From NCBI GenBank assembly GCA_951406725.2, contig OX597824.1, positions 27,466,001 to 27,530,000 of the forward strand: a stretch of 64,000 nucleotides of DNA, in the 5' to 3' direction. Of this stretch, positions 27,642 through 41,872 are shown one piece after another. Each line of letters starts with the position of its first letter. Positions within the stretch are counted from its first letter, which is position 1. The notes below the pieces were generated by a model. It saw only the letters and a list, made by a program, of their open reading frames with translations, did no database searches and was not told where the DNA came from. The DNA comes from Octopus vulgaris. Taxonomy: Eukaryota. The position numbers were made by a program, and so were the translations under genes.

Positions 27642-28098
27642 TCATATATACGACGGGCTTCTTTCAGTTTGAGTCTACCAAATCCACTCACGCGGCTTTG
27701 GTCGGCCCGAGGCTATAGTAGAAGACACTGGCCTAAGGTGCCACATGGTTCCGGGTTGAGTCCCACTGCGTGGAACCTTGGGCAAGTGTCCTCTACTCTA
27801 GCCTCGGGCTGACCAAAGCCTTGTGAGTGGATTTGGGAGACGGAAATTGAAAGAAGACCGTTGTGCATATATATACATATGCTTGTGTATATGTTTGTGT
27901 GTCTGTGTTTGTCCCCCACTCAACATTGCTTGACAACCGATGGTTGTGTGTTTACGTACCCGTGACTTAGCAGTTCGGCAAAAGAGACCGATAGAATAAG
28001 TACTAGGCTTACAAAGAATAAGTGCTGGGGTCGATTTGTTCGACTAAAGGCTGTGCTCCAGCATGGCCGCAGTCAAATGACTCAAACATGTAAAAGGG
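27277..28098. mobile_element. Head-to-head fused pair of family-A SINEs
   Basis: A minus copy 27277-27744 joins a plus copy ~27741-28098 at the shared 'ccac'; both are 5'-truncated. Confidence 0.85.
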
Positions 28099-28294
28099 TA
28101 ATACTAACACCGTTTGTCAAATTGTGATGGTGGTCAAACACACACTTACATCCACACCCAAACAATCACACACAAAAATATGTATACATACAGCGAGATA
28201 GATAGATAGAGAGAGAGAGAAAGACACTCACACACACATATAGAAAGGGAAATTGTTCTTTATAAGGAACAAATACTCAAAATGAGGTCTAGGT

Positions 28295-28637
28295 CAAAGG
28301 TTCTCAACCATTTTTATCTATGGACCCCTTTGATTATCATTTTATTTAGTTGGGCCCCCATTGCCATTCGATGCTTAAAAACTAGTTTTAAAGAAAATTT
28401 TTTCACAATTCCTATTATGCTTTATACACATCAGCTTCTGTAGGTTAAACAACATAAAATGTTAGAGAAAAAAACGTAGCTGTCTCTAGATTACATACCA
28501 ATATATCTAAAGCAAACATTTTTAAAGGATCCTAAAAATACTACTCAGGGTCTCCAATTTACTATTTTACTGCATGGACCTCCATAAATCTTATATGGAC
28601 CATTTGGAGTCATATGGCTCCCGGTTGAGAACCAGTG
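28295..28637. mobile_element. hAT (Charlie-like) MITE
   Basis: TIRs caaaggttctcaacc and ggttgagaaccagtg; left flank gtctaggt resembles the NTCTAGAN target. Confidence 0.75.
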
Positions 28638-29589
28638 TTCTTAATCATTGTATTAAACAATATTAACATATAATTTGTTTTATCATCGATATGCTTAAAT
28701 CTTTGAAGTATGACACTGTTATACGACCACAGAGTAACGTTCGTGGTTGCCTCTAGTAAGTAAAATAATTTGATCTAATATCGATCTGCTAATAATATCT
28801 ATCGTGCTTTTAGTACGATTGATTAGTCTGCGACTGGGGTTAAGGTTGAAATTAGCTTTGCGATCCGACATTGTAACAAATGCTATACATATGGATTAAG
28901 TTTTTCCAGTATATCGTCGATATCTCATTTAGTGTTTATAATATTTAATTTCTAATTAACGTTGTTATGTGTCTCGTGGCTAGTTTACTTGTGTTTTAGT
29001 GCACACTTAACTCAATTCTATGTAATTTAATGCGTGTACCCCGAACGAATGGTTACAGTACAACGTATTGCCCATAATATGTTGTCCACTACTTGTCCAC
29101 GGTATTCTATGAGGAAGTGTTTGCGTTAACATTATTATATGCATTGCGCAGCATGAAATGAAAAACGCTGTAGTTTTCTCCATTTGAAACATTGACTTAG
29201 CTTCCAATTACAGATGAAATTATGGATATGTAATATATAAACATATAAGATCATTGTTGAATCATATGTACGATATATATATATCAGACGATACACACAG
29301 AGGCGCTTTATGGCTGCAGGTTCACACCAACTGTGTGCCCAACTTTGACTTGTGTCTTTCATTATTGCCTCGAGCCGACCAAAGCATTGTGAAAGGATTT
29401 GGTAGACGGATACTGAAAGAACACTCACGTATGCATATATATATATGTATATATATTAAGAACAAACTTACTTAGAAATGGATGCGTGCGTTCTGTCGTG
29501 TAATAGCAAATTAATAAATAAAACATATACATATATACATACATATATGTACGTACCTACATATACATGTGTATATACATGCATATATG

Positions 29590-30202
29590 GGTACAGCACT
29601 CCAAAAAACAACGTCGAACACAATGAGAAGCGAAAACATAAACACAAAACCAAGGAACTGGACATTTTTCTTAAACAACGAAAAAACAGAGTACAGGACA
29701 AATAACACAAGGAAAATTCCCCTTCTTCAGTCGCCATGGTTTCATCTACTCTGCGTTTCGAAGGTGAAGGCGAGACGCAACTTCGACTGAAACACTCCTT
29801 CCCGCGAAAAGCAAATTAAATTAAATTTGAGATTTTTTTGTGGAGGGGTAAAAATGGTAACAAAAACAGGACAGTAACGACAGTACAAAATATAAACAGT
29901 AAAAGACAGGACAGGGAGAATAACAGTAACACAGACAAGAAGGGCTGTTAAGCCGAACGAGATAAAATATTACGAACGCTATTTTTGAAGAAGGGCGGAA
30001 GAGCCACAGAAAATGCCGTCTGCACTCGGGTGAAGCAAGGTCAGAAAAGAGAGTACCTTCCTCATCGCTAACCAACGACGGGACAGGGGAGGAGGAGAGA
30101 AAAAAGAGGAATGGTTGTAGAGAAAACCAGAAAGAATGTCTCTCCCTCCCTCTCATTCTTCATTCTTTCTGGTTTTCTCCACCACCATTCCTCTTTTTTC
30201 TC
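29590..30202 (-). mobile_element. Unclassified repeat with terminal fold-back and permuted hammerhead-like motif
   Basis: Inverted repeat 30097-30138 and 30161-30202; minus strand CCUUC-GAAAC..GUA..CUGAAGA-AGGGG at 29719-29764. Confidence 0.4.
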
Positions 30203-30450
30203 TTATTATCGATCACCGTGGAATGACTACAGAAAAAAAGTCGAATAATAGGGCATATAAACCCTACGTTGACGGAAAATAAGTAAGTTTTCTCGTACGT
30301 GCAACAAGTGGGTTATTATTTACACCAACATACAACGCTGCTTGTACGTTGGTGTAACTGGTACTTTTCTCCGTTAGGGGCTTATAATTAGATTTCTTTA
30401 GGCATTGCATGGTGATCGCTTGTCAGCTTTAGGCTTACAATACACACACA

Positions 30451-30494
<44 letters not shown>

Positions 30495-30659
30495 GGCGCA
30501 GGAGTGGCTGTGTGGTAAGTAGCTTGTTTACCAACCACATGGTTCCGGGTTCAGTCCCACTGCGTGGCACTTTAGGCAAGTGTCTTCTACTATAGCCTCG
30601 GGCCGCCCAAAGCCTTGTGAGTGGATTTGGTAGACGGAAACTGAAAGAATCCCGTCGTA

Positions 30660-30711
<52 letters not shown>

Positions 30712-30935
30712 TGTGTGTGTTTGTGTGTCTGTGTTTGTCCCCCCCCCCTGCTTGACAACCGATGCTGGTGTGTTTATGTCCCCGTTACTTAGAGGTTCGG
30801 CAAAAGGGACCGATAGAATAAGTATTGGCCTTACAAAAGAATAAGTCCCGGGGTCGAGTTGCTCGATTAAAGGCTGTGCTCCAGCATGGCCGCAGGCAAA
30901 TGACTGAAACAAGTAAAAGAGTAAAAGAGTAAAGA

Positions 30936-30938
<3 letters not shown>
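30495..30938 (+). mobile_element. Full-length family-A SINE
   Basis: ggcgcaggagtggctgtgtggtaag head; internal (TA)n(TG)n; (aaaagagt)n tail. Confidence 0.92.
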
Positions 30939-30985
<47 letters not shown>

Positions 30986-31476
30986 AGGATTTTGCAGATT
31001 TACCAGACACACACACATCTATCTGCTAAATCTGCTAAGTCATCCATACATTTTTATGTGCACGTGTGTGTGTGTGTATGTGTGTATGCATGTATTTATG
31101 GAGGACAATAATGATGATGAGAATAACGACGAGGAGGAAGATGAAGATGACCCCGACAATGTCGATGAGTACAACCATGCTTATGATGGTAGTTTTGTTA
31201 CTAATTATGGTGATGGTAATTATTTTTATCTTTCAATCAGGCGGGAATGCAGCATATAGGGTCTCAGAGTTCGATTGATTTGAACAGAATAAACTCTGCG
31301 TAAGGCACCCAGTGCACAATATGGTGGTGTGGTAGCTAAAATCTACTACTCATATAAACTAAAGCTGCATTTAAATTTCGAACGGAAGAAAGCCGGAACA
31401 AACACGGTTATGCATATGAAACAATGTCCTTGCAATGTGACCGATTCATCATCACATGATATTAATGAGGATAATA

Positions 31477-31641
31477 GGCGCAGGAGTGGCTGTGTGGTAA
31501 GTAGCTTGCTTACCTACCACATAGTTCCGAGTCCCGTCCCACTGCGTGGCACCTTGGACACGTGTCTTCTACTATAGCCTCGGGCCGACCAATGCCTTGT
31601 GAGTGGATTTGGTAGACGGAAACTGAAAGAAGCCCGTCGTG

Positions 31642-31684
<43 letters not shown>

Positions 31685-31884
31685 ATGCATGTGTTTGTGT
31701 GTCTGTGTTTCCCTCCCCCACCAACATCGCTTGACAACCGATGCTGATGTGTTTAGCGGTACGGCAAGAGAAACCGATAGAATAAGTACTAGGCTTACAA
31801 AGAATAAGTCCTGGGGTCGATTTGCTCGACTAAATGCGGTGCTCCAGCATGGCCGCAGTCAAATGACTGAAACAAATAAAGAAT
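31477..31884 (+). mobile_element. Full-length family-A SINE
   Basis: Same structure as 30495. Confidence 0.9.
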
Positions 31885-32918
31885 AATTATGATGACGACG
31901 ATGATAATGGCGAGGATGATGACGTCAACGAGGATACCTACGCAGGCGTTCTTCATCGTGCGGGTATGGAGTCTGCAAGGAACTGACTCATAGTTACATA
32001 ACTTTACATACTTCTCACCAAATCTTACTCTAATTAAAACTGACATTACGTCTCCCTCTCGCCTTTAGATTTTATGCCTCAAAATTTGACAAATCATTCA
32101 CCGCATAATGTCAATGTTTGTGGTGCTAATATTGATACGAATCTAGCGATGCAACATAAACTAAATTATATAACTGCTAGAGATATGGATACAGATATGG
32201 ATATTTTTGTAGGAGATATATCTTGTAGAAAACATATTAAGTACGTCATACATAGATTATTTAGAATCAGTGCTACATCAAAAATAATAATGCAGATTCG
32301 TCTAAGTATGCAACTACCCATAGGGGAAGTTTCTTCAATGTCATAACATATTTCTAATTTACCTTAATGCATACATTCCTTACCACATGTTTCTATAAGA
32401 AAACCACATAGCTTCGTAACAAATAATAAATATAGGTTTTTATACACTTTTGTGAGAAAGTGTTATTTTCTAAGACTTCTTAGCATCCGATGTAATCTCA
32501 GAACTTTCGCTCGCTCTGCAGCTATAAGACAAATATTGCGCACCATTATCCCATTATCGTTTATTCATATATCTTCAAGATTTAATAAGATTATCGCTTC
32601 TTCAATAATCTCTTCATGTCACCTATCTATTAATTAACGCCTGCAGATTTTCCTATTTCATTTCAAGACTACTGAGAATTACATTAATTTCTCGCTTTAA
32701 TACTTTTCCAACTAATTCAATGTTATGCGAAATCAAATATGAAGAATTATATTAGCTGTCATAAGAACACGCAGGGAAGAGATGAACTTACATACATACA
32801 TACATACCTACATATATTTATGTATGTATGTGTATATATATATATGCATGTATACATGCGTATGCTTATATATACATATACATGTGGAAAAAAAAAATGT
32901 TTGAATATATACATATTA

Positions 32919-32990
<72 letters not shown>

Positions 32991-34353
32991 TATATATATA
33001 TTTATCAAAGTACAGAGAAGTGAGAGATGAAATATTTGTTCCTCACGCTGACGGCTGTTTCGTAATATGTATCCAGTTACATAATCAATGCTTAAGTGCC
33101 CTACTCTCATACACATATACATACAGATGCAAATATAAACATGTATTTGTTACATAGGAATAGAACTGCCCATCAGAACATTTTAAGGCCACCACTTGCG
33201 CACATGTATATATATGTATGCATATGCTGCCACGTATATACGTACATATTTATGCAATATCAATTCAGTTACCATCGTCCTGCATATCACTCGACCATTG
33301 GCTCCATCTTAATAAGTGATGAGCGCTATTCCTAATGGTTTATAGGTATAGCGTTAGTCAATACATGTGACTCATCTCAAGCGTATATTTCACATGTGTA
33401 ACTGTTGTTTGGACGCCCCCAGACGATGAAGTAGACTATCCCAATACGTATATACCGAAGGAGAAGTCTAGACGTCGTCAGAGAACAGTTGAGTAGTGGT
33501 GGTAGCATTTGGAGTAGAGTAGAGAGTAGCGTTGAGTAGAGGTCATCCGAACGTGCGACATAACAGTAACTCTAAACAACAAGACCAAATATAATCCAAT
33601 TAATATAAACCGTCTATCATAAACAGAGTATTCTTTCGATTTGTTTGTAAACGTAAGTGTACAGCCTCTGCAATGCTGTTGAGCACGGCAAGTCTAATTA
33701 TTTCAATATGAAGGAACATTCCGTATTGTGATGCACTGAAGTACATAGGAAGATTTACACCATATTGATTATTAATTAAGAGAAGAAAGCATTAACAAAT
33801 AAATCCTTTGAAAACATTTATCTTTAATGAGAAATGGAATAACGGATCACAAGTACAAAACAGCTGAATCGAATTTAAAATGAATACATAAAGACATTGA
33901 ACATTTCGATATAACGAGATTATCAGCACAATAAAATAGTTACCATTGCGATATGATACCAAATTCTTTCCAGAACCAAATGAAAGTGCTCGGGCATTTA
34001 CCTATCATCCATATACTGACAGAAGAAACAAAGAATATTTACAAAGTAAATATCACCAAAAGTTTCAAACTCCTAGCTGCTAATATTACAGAAACTTAAA
34101 AATTGACCGCATAGGGTATCATAAATTTTGTAGTCAAAATTAGTATTCGCACCTTACTTTACTCTTAAGGCCCATAGGGTTAATTCCTTCACCGAGCACA
34201 AATGCATTTTTGATATATTCTTTTAACTCTTACTTGATACATTCATGAGACTGTAGTGATGCTGGGGCACCGGTTGAAGAACTTTAGTCGAATGCATTGA
34301 CCCCAGCACATGGTTTCTTTTTAAAGCCAGGAACTTATTTTAACTGTATCTCT

Positions 34354-34382
<29 letters not shown>

Positions 34383-34384
<2 letters not shown>

Positions 34385-34930
34385 CGTGAAGTATATTTGC
34401 CACTTAAGTGTGGCTAACTCTTAAGGATGGATGCTACTGTGGCTTGTATCCCCAAGAAAACATCTCTTTCAGCTGGCTATTGACACACTTTCTGTGCCCT
34501 ATCAGTATTTGCAAAAGGAGCTCATTCTTCCCATCTTCAGCCTGACGGACCCGGGTTTCTGGATATTGATCCGTCATCAGCGTGTGACAATCACCGATTG
34601 TCGATGTGAAGTGCTTCCCAATGCAAATATATATATATATATATATATATATACTTTTTTGAAAAAGTGTAAACAAGCAATAATAAATCTCTGACGGGTC
34701 AATAACCAGAAACCCGGCTCCGTGCGTATCACGTCAGGTTGAAGATGGGAAGGATAACCTACCTTGGCAAATACTGATAGGACACACAAAGTGTGTCAAT
34801 AGCTAGCTGGAAGCGATGTCTTCCTGTGGCTACAAGCTACAGTAGCATCAGCCATTAAGGGTTAGCCACTTTTAAGTGGCAAATATACTTCACGATGTCT
34901 TGCAGCTACTGTTTATATCTCGCTCAGAGA
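34383..34930. mobile_element. Fold-back element with ~195-bp diverged inverted arms and a hammerhead
   Basis: Arms 34383-34575 and 34692-34895; (TA)n at the left edge and in the spacer. Confidence 0.75.
34545..34584 (-). ncRNA. Type I hammerhead ribozyme
   Basis: Minus strand cACG-CUGAUGA-c-GGAU-caau-AUCC-a-GAAAC-CCGG-GUC-CGU; palindromic stem III ACCCGGGU. Confidence 0.75.
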
Positions 34931-35640
34931 TTTATTATTGTTTATATAAATATAATGAAAAGGTGTCGTAATTCCAAAATGTTGCTTTTTCAGAAAACGA
35001 AAAGAATAGATTCATCATTCCATAGCGAAACCGTTGTACTACACTGACAATTTTTGATAACTTAACATTTGAAGTAGCTGGAGATGTGATGGTTTGATAA
35101 AAAGAACCGGCTATTATAAGCAAAAATGAATATACTTTCCTACTCTAGGGACAAGGCCAAAATTGCAGGGTTTAGTGAAATGTTTTTAAATAACAGATAA
35201 TTTAAGAAATGGAGATAAACGTAGGTGTTATTTAAATTTTTATACTTCCGACATATGTTTCGAAGAAAACATTGGTATTAATCCTGGGAGAATAAAATGA
35301 TGTAAAACCGCTGTTCTCTTTCAGCACAACTTTCTCTCACTCTTTCTTCATTCTTCTGCCACAAAGCAGAGGAACCATGGTGTAACCCACTATAGTGTGA
35401 TAAACTTTCAGACCCTAGTCTAGATTGCGAATCCTCTATACCCCAGGATGGTTCAGCTCTCAACCCGTTAAAAGCCACCGTTTACGGAATGAGGATAACA
35501 TCGTAGCTTTGGCGCCCGTGCAACCGCCAGTCCATCGCGTGTGGTAGGTGGATCTTGAAATTGACACACGCATTTTTAGTACCTTAGAGTAAGCTCGAAT
35601 TAAAGATTATTCTTTGTGGCTAATGCCGTGATCCCTGATT

Positions 35641-35922
35641 GGAAGAAGAAGAAGAAGAAGAAGAAGAAGAAGAAGAAGAAGAAGAAGAAGAAGAAGGAGA
35701 AGAAGAAGAAGAAGAAGAAGAAGTAGGAGGTGAAGGAGAAGAAGAAGAAGAAGAAGAAGAAGGAGGAGAAGAAGAAGAAGGAGGAGAAGAAGAAGGAGGA
35801 GAAGAAGAAGAAGGAGGAGAAGAAGAAGAAGAAGAAGAAGAAGAAAAAGAAGAAAAAGAAGAAGAAGAAGAAGGAGAAGAAGAAGATGAAGAAGAAGGAG
35901 AGGAAGAAGAGGAAGAAGAAGA
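35641..35922. repeat. (GAA/GGA)n polypurine tract
   Basis: Directly visible; followed by degenerate (CAC/ACC)n to ~36515. Confidence 0.95.
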
Positions 35923-37002
35923 CAGTAGCAGTAAGAATAAGAACAAAAACAAGAACGACAACTGCAGCAACAATAACAACAACAACTATACCGTTACTAG
36001 GCCCACCACCGCTGTCATCGTCACTTTCATGATTACCATTAACCATCACCTCCAAAACTACAACCACCACTACCACGATTAAATCTCAACTTACAGGTCT
36101 AAGCCTCCTAAACTACAGCCACCTGGAATACCTTTCGCCACCAAGATAACCACCGACGCTAACATCATCGCTTCCACCGCCATTACCATCAGCACTACCA
36201 TCGCCATGACTTCCACCCTGCACCGCCACCTGCATCCTCAACCACTGTCGTTACCACTAACATAACCACCAAACCACCACCACCACTCTCATCAGTACCA
36301 CCACCACCACCTCTCCCCCACTACCCCCCCCCCCACCACCACCACCGTCACCACCACTGCTGCCGCCGCCGATACCACCATTAATGCTACCACCATCAAC
36401 ATCACCGAATCCACCCAACCCCTACCACTACAACTACCACCCGCACCACTACTGCCGACGTCGTCGTCGCCACGAAAATCACTACCACCACCATCACCAC
36501 CACCATCACCACCAGCAATCCATAGCCCATGGTCCCTGGTCGCTCTGTTGTGAATTATCTTTCCATTCCAGTAGACTGTTTTTCATGTTATCAGTTCATT
36601 TTACAAATATAGTTGTTGTTGCTGTTTCTTTAGTTGTTGTTGTCATTTGACATTGATGTGTTTAGCCCCGGGTCAAACACTGATCAATGAGACCTATTAT
36701 GGAATACATTCCAAAACGTGATCATCCCGTAGTTTTTCTTAAATTCACAACACCCTAGGCCACATTAACTAATGTGCCACTTTCTAAGTGATAAGACATA
36801 TATTTGAAGGATGTTTGGCTGTTATTTCTTCTAATTTAAGCAACCACGTAAAGGCTCCTTCTTCACTGCATCTGGTGCCCTTAATATTTTTGTTGTTGCT
36901 ACTGTTGTTTTTGTAATGTTAGTTACATTTTTAGGACCGTTGTTTTGCTCTTATTTCCTTATTTCTGTTTTGTTACCACAATTGATATTCATGAAGTTCA
37001 TG

Positions 37003-37519
37003 TTATCACCTCCGCCTTCGCTATTGCGGTGGTATTGTTTTCAGTTGTATTTGTTTATGTGCCCCCTTTGTTTGTCCATGGACAAGCTATCTCATGAACT
37101 GTAGGATGGATTCGGATGAAACTTCCAGGGATGTTTGACCTCTTGACGGGCATGAAATGATGAGATTCTGGGATCGATCCGGTATCGGAGAAAAATTCTT
37201 GATTATGTTTCCTACTGTTTTTTTTTTATTATTTTTACTTAATTTTCGAGAGCCGTCGGGTTCATTTTTAGAATTCTCGTTTCTGAGAGCAGTCGAGTTT
37301 ATTTCTGATATTCTCATTTTAAAAATCATCTCTGGCTAATCGTTGAGAGGACGTTGGAGTTGCCTTGGCGGAGGTTTGCGCTCTGTGAGTGCTCTTCTTC
37401 TTCTTCTTCTTCTTCTTCTTCTTCTTCTTCTTCTTCTTCTTCTTCTTCTTCTCCTCCTCCTCCTCCTCCTTCTTCTTCTTCTTCTTCTTCTCCTCCTCCT
37501 CCTCCTCCTCCTTCTTCTT

Positions 37520-37609
<90 letters not shown>

Positions 37610-38197
37610 TCTGACTTAACGAGAAAGCGGAGGTTTTGTTTTCAATTGAGTTTCAAAAAAATTTTGTCAGTGGACAAGCTGTCTCTTGAACCACCGGATG
37701 GATTCGGATGAAACTTTCAGGGATATTAAGCCTCGTGTCTATCACGAACTGATTATATTTTAGGATCGATTCGGTACCGGAAGAGAATTCTGGATTATTT
37801 TTCCTGTGTTTCTTTTTACTTAATTTTAGAGAGCCGTAGGGTTCATTTTTAGTATTCTCGTTTATGAGAGCGGTCGAGTTTATTTCAGATATTCTTATTT
37901 TAAAAAGTCATCTCTGGCTAATCTTTGAGAGGATGTTGGTGTTGCCTTGGCAGAGGTTTGCCCTCTCTGAGTGCTCTTGTTATTACCATCATTATTATTA
38001 CTATCATTATTATTTTTCCTGTTTTTTATTTTTTTACTTAATTTTTGAGAGCAGTCGAGTTCATTTTTAGTATTCTCGTTTGTGAGAGCGGTCGAGTTTA
38101 TTTCAGATATTCTTATTTTAAAAATCATCTCTGGCTAATCGTTGAGAGGATATTAGTGTTGCCTTGGTGGAGATTTGCGTCCTCTGAGTACTCTTGT
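37003..38197 (+). mobile_element. Tandem Helentron/HINE (DINE-1-like) non-autonomous elements
   Basis: Units 37003-37396, 37604-37980 and a partial 38013-38197; subterminal inverted cctccgcc / ccttggcggagg; 3' gcgctctgtgagtgc hairpin. Confidence 0.7.
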
Positions 38198-39924
38198 TGT
38201 TATTGATGTTTTTGTTGCTGTTGATGTCATCGTTTGCTTTTATGCTGTTGTTGCTATTGTTTTCCTCTGCCCTAACTGGTTGTTGTTGCTATCTTTACTC
38301 TTGCTAACGTTGTTGTTTCGTTGTCACTGTATCTCATGATGTTGTTTTCATTACTGCTGTCACCGTTTCTGTTCTTCTTAACCAGTTCGTTGCGAGCTAC
38401 AGGACCAACAAATTTGGAGCGGAAAAATCAATTACATCGATCCCATTACCTGTCTGGTACTTTATTTTATTGTCCCTCAATACTATAAGAGGCAAACTTG
38501 ACTTCGGCGTGATTTGAACTCACAGCGTAAAGAGCAGGAAATAAATACAACTTAGCATTTTGTCGAAGGTGCTAAAAATTCTGCCAGCTCATCACCATTT
38601 TGTATTCTATTGATTATTATAAATTGAAATGGTGTGTGTATTTGTGTGGATGTGTAAGTTTTCACGAGGTGAATATCAAATACTTTATTAATAAAGTTAA
38701 ACGGAAAAGAAAAAAAATCTGATTTTACACACACACACACACACACACACAGAGATATACACGCAAAGATACACACACAGATGCACACGCAGACGCACAC
38801 ACGCGTATATATATATATATATTATTGGATATGCGTAATCGATTCTGACTGGACTTTAAAAGTATGTTGAGATAATTCGCAGACATTTAAATATTTTAAG
38901 AATTATTTAGATTTAATTCCTTCGCAGATTAATGCAATTTTCGCCAATTAGAATTAATATGCAAGTTTCCAAGCGACTTTGAAATTTTATTACAAAAGAA
39001 TATTGTACAAATCTTAATACTTCAGCGTAAAGTCCTCAGATATTCTCATCTATCATTATGACAGATAACTATAAATAATTACCATATATATGCATATTAA
39101 TTTGGTGATTTTAAAACATTAGCTGAGCTAGAGCTAATAGTAATATTGATTTCTTGCAGTGAAAGGAGGTCATTCACGTCGAAAAATCTGAAGAACAGGA
39201 GTCCAGAGTATCAAAAGTACTTATATTTCTGGCACTGACAGGGTTAAAAGCAGAGTCTAAATATCTGTAGGGATAAAGACAGAGTCTAAAATGATGCAGA
39301 TTACCATATTTGGTACCATAAAAGATTCGCAGGCATATTAAAATCACCACAATTTCAGCAGAGCATATTCAGTAAAAAAAAAAAAAAGGAAGTTTTTTGT
39401 ACATTAAAGCATGTAATAAAAACTAAACTGTGAATATAGCACCTAGGGTGAGTTTTTAAAAACTTCTTTTGGGTTGAGAGAAATGCGTCTTATTTTTTGC
39501 ATTTGGCTGGAGAGATTCTTTACATGATCTTGTCTTTGGAAACAGATGTTGTATCTTGGGAGGGATGTAAAAATGTAATAAATAGACGCACCTGTTTTCG
39601 TTTTCACCTGTCTATTATTCGTCAAATTGTTTGCTGTTTTACCAATGACCTAATCAGTTGCTTGGTGAGTAATTCAGTTAATCAATCAATCTGTTGCGTT
39701 TTGCCAAAATCATTTCGCCACGAAACAGATGCCCACTTCACTAGAACTGAAAGACTAACCAAATGATGAATAAAAAGAAGTGAGATTGAATCTGTGCGTG
39801 AGCTTATTATTGACAAATTTGTTGTATCGAAATACAACAAAGAGTCCACTTTATATACCATAAAATAGTGTGCTAACTCTCAATGCTGCTAGCACAGAGA
39901 GTACAGAAAGATGATATTGGGTTC

Positions 39925-40340
39925 AATCTTTGGCACGAGATCAGCAATTACGGGTGAGTGGGTACGTCGATAACATCGATCCTAGCGCTCGACGGGTACT
40001 TATTTTGATAATTCAATCCCGAAAGAATGAAAGGCAAAGTCGACCTCGGCGGAATTTGAACTCAGAACGCAACGGCAGACGAAATACCGCTAAGTATTTC
40101 GCCCGGTGTGCTAACGTTTCTGCCAGCTAGCCGCCTTTGGAAGATAATATTGGTTTCATAGATTGACAGCAAGCCGGTATTTTCGTGGGATGGAATGAGC
40201 CTAATACATTGACTCCAATGTCCAATTGGTATATTTTGTTATTGACTACGAAAGGGATGAATGTCAAAATAAAAAGATGGACGACATGCCGCTAAGCATA
40301 ATTTCCAGCACGCTAACGATTCTGCCAATTTGCCGCTTTA
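39925..40340 (-). mobile_element. Two family-B SINEs (second degenerate)
   Basis: gaatgaaaggcaaagtcgacctcggcggaatttgaactc..ctgccagctagccgcc. Confidence 0.8.
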
Positions 40341-41315
40341 GTGAAAGATGATATTAACTATGTTTTCAATCAAATACAGTATCTAATTCTACATTTGTCA
40401 TTGGTATAATCAATGAAGATTTTGGGTCCCACTTGGATTCATATAAATGTGCAAGGAACTCGTAACAACGACATTTATTCTTTGAATCTTTGTAAAGGAA
40501 TAGCGGCAGAGAATTATATTTTTTCCATTTATAAAAATTTAATCTTTTCTATGAAACATTTCAAACAAATATTTATATAAAAAAATACAGTAGCAAACAC
40601 CAAAGGAAAGGCAAGAACAAAGAAACAGCAACATTAATTGAAAAATAAATACTAAAATCAATACATAATACTAGCGTATAATAAACAAATATAATAGAGA
40701 AGTATTTGAAATATAGAATAAATGTCTCACTGAATGAGTTTGTTAACAAATAATACCGCTGCTCTAGATTTTATAACAAGAATAAGAAACTTGTTTTAGA
40801 ATCAGTTTTCAGAGACTGGCGGCGGAAATTGTTCGCCGTTTATGGATTAGAAGCATTGAATGAAAACTAATTTAATTTAGGTATCAACTTGCCTGTAAAT
40901 TCATTGAAATCGTGTCTCAAAAGACACAATATTTATAGAATTTCCGCATGATAACTATACTGCTATGCGTAGCACAAGAAGAGAATTGTCTTCCTATCGT
41001 TTTATATTATTGTGACAGTTTCTGAAATTTATATTATTTTTTTTATTATACAGAGTTCAATATTTTTAGTAATTCCTTTTACGTTTTCTCTCTTTCTCTC
41101 TTTCCCTCCTCTCTCTCTCTCTCTCTCTCTCGCTCTCTCTGTCACACACACACACACTCCTTATTTATCTGTTTATCTACTTCTGTCTCAACAGATATCC
41201 ATATGTACAATTATAATGCACACATATGCACATATACACACAGATATATATATATATATATAAACATACATACATATATGTATATATATATATATATATA
41301 TACGTATATGTATGT

Positions 41316-41352
<37 letters not shown>

Positions 41353-41827
41353 TATATATACACACACACACATATATGTATATATTTATTTATATATATA
41401 TATATACATAGGAAAATAGATGCATACATACATAATTACCTACTACCATCCTACCTACCTACCTACATACATAACGCATACATAACGCATACATACATAC
41501 GTACATACAAACATACATACATGCATACATACATACATACATACATGCATACATACATACATACATGCATACATACATACATACATATATACATACATAC
41601 ATACATACATACATACATACATACATACATGCATACATACATACATACATACATACATACATACATACACACGTACGTACGTACTTCCATACACATATGC
41701 AGTCATAGAGAGAAATAGAAATAGAAAGAGTAGGAAAGAGAATGAGAAAGTCAGAGAAATGGAATTAAGAGGAAAACACTTTATCGATACAAGCTGATAC
41801 CAATGTGAGTACGAAATTGGTTGTGTA

Positions 41828-41872
<45 letters not shown>

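Noticed and set aside
35245-35325. Minus-strand GAAAC-AUAU-GUC hammerhead half
   Set aside because: There is no proper CUGANGA box upstream; insufficient support.
35639-36082. Poly-Glu/poly-Lys/poly-Ser ORFs
   Set aside because: A (GAA/GGA)n tract is open in several frames, with no splice or domain support.
37003-38197. CRISPR-like or regularly interspaced repeat array
   Set aside because: Units are >150 bp, spacers are microsatellites, the context is eukaryotic, and there are no cas genes.
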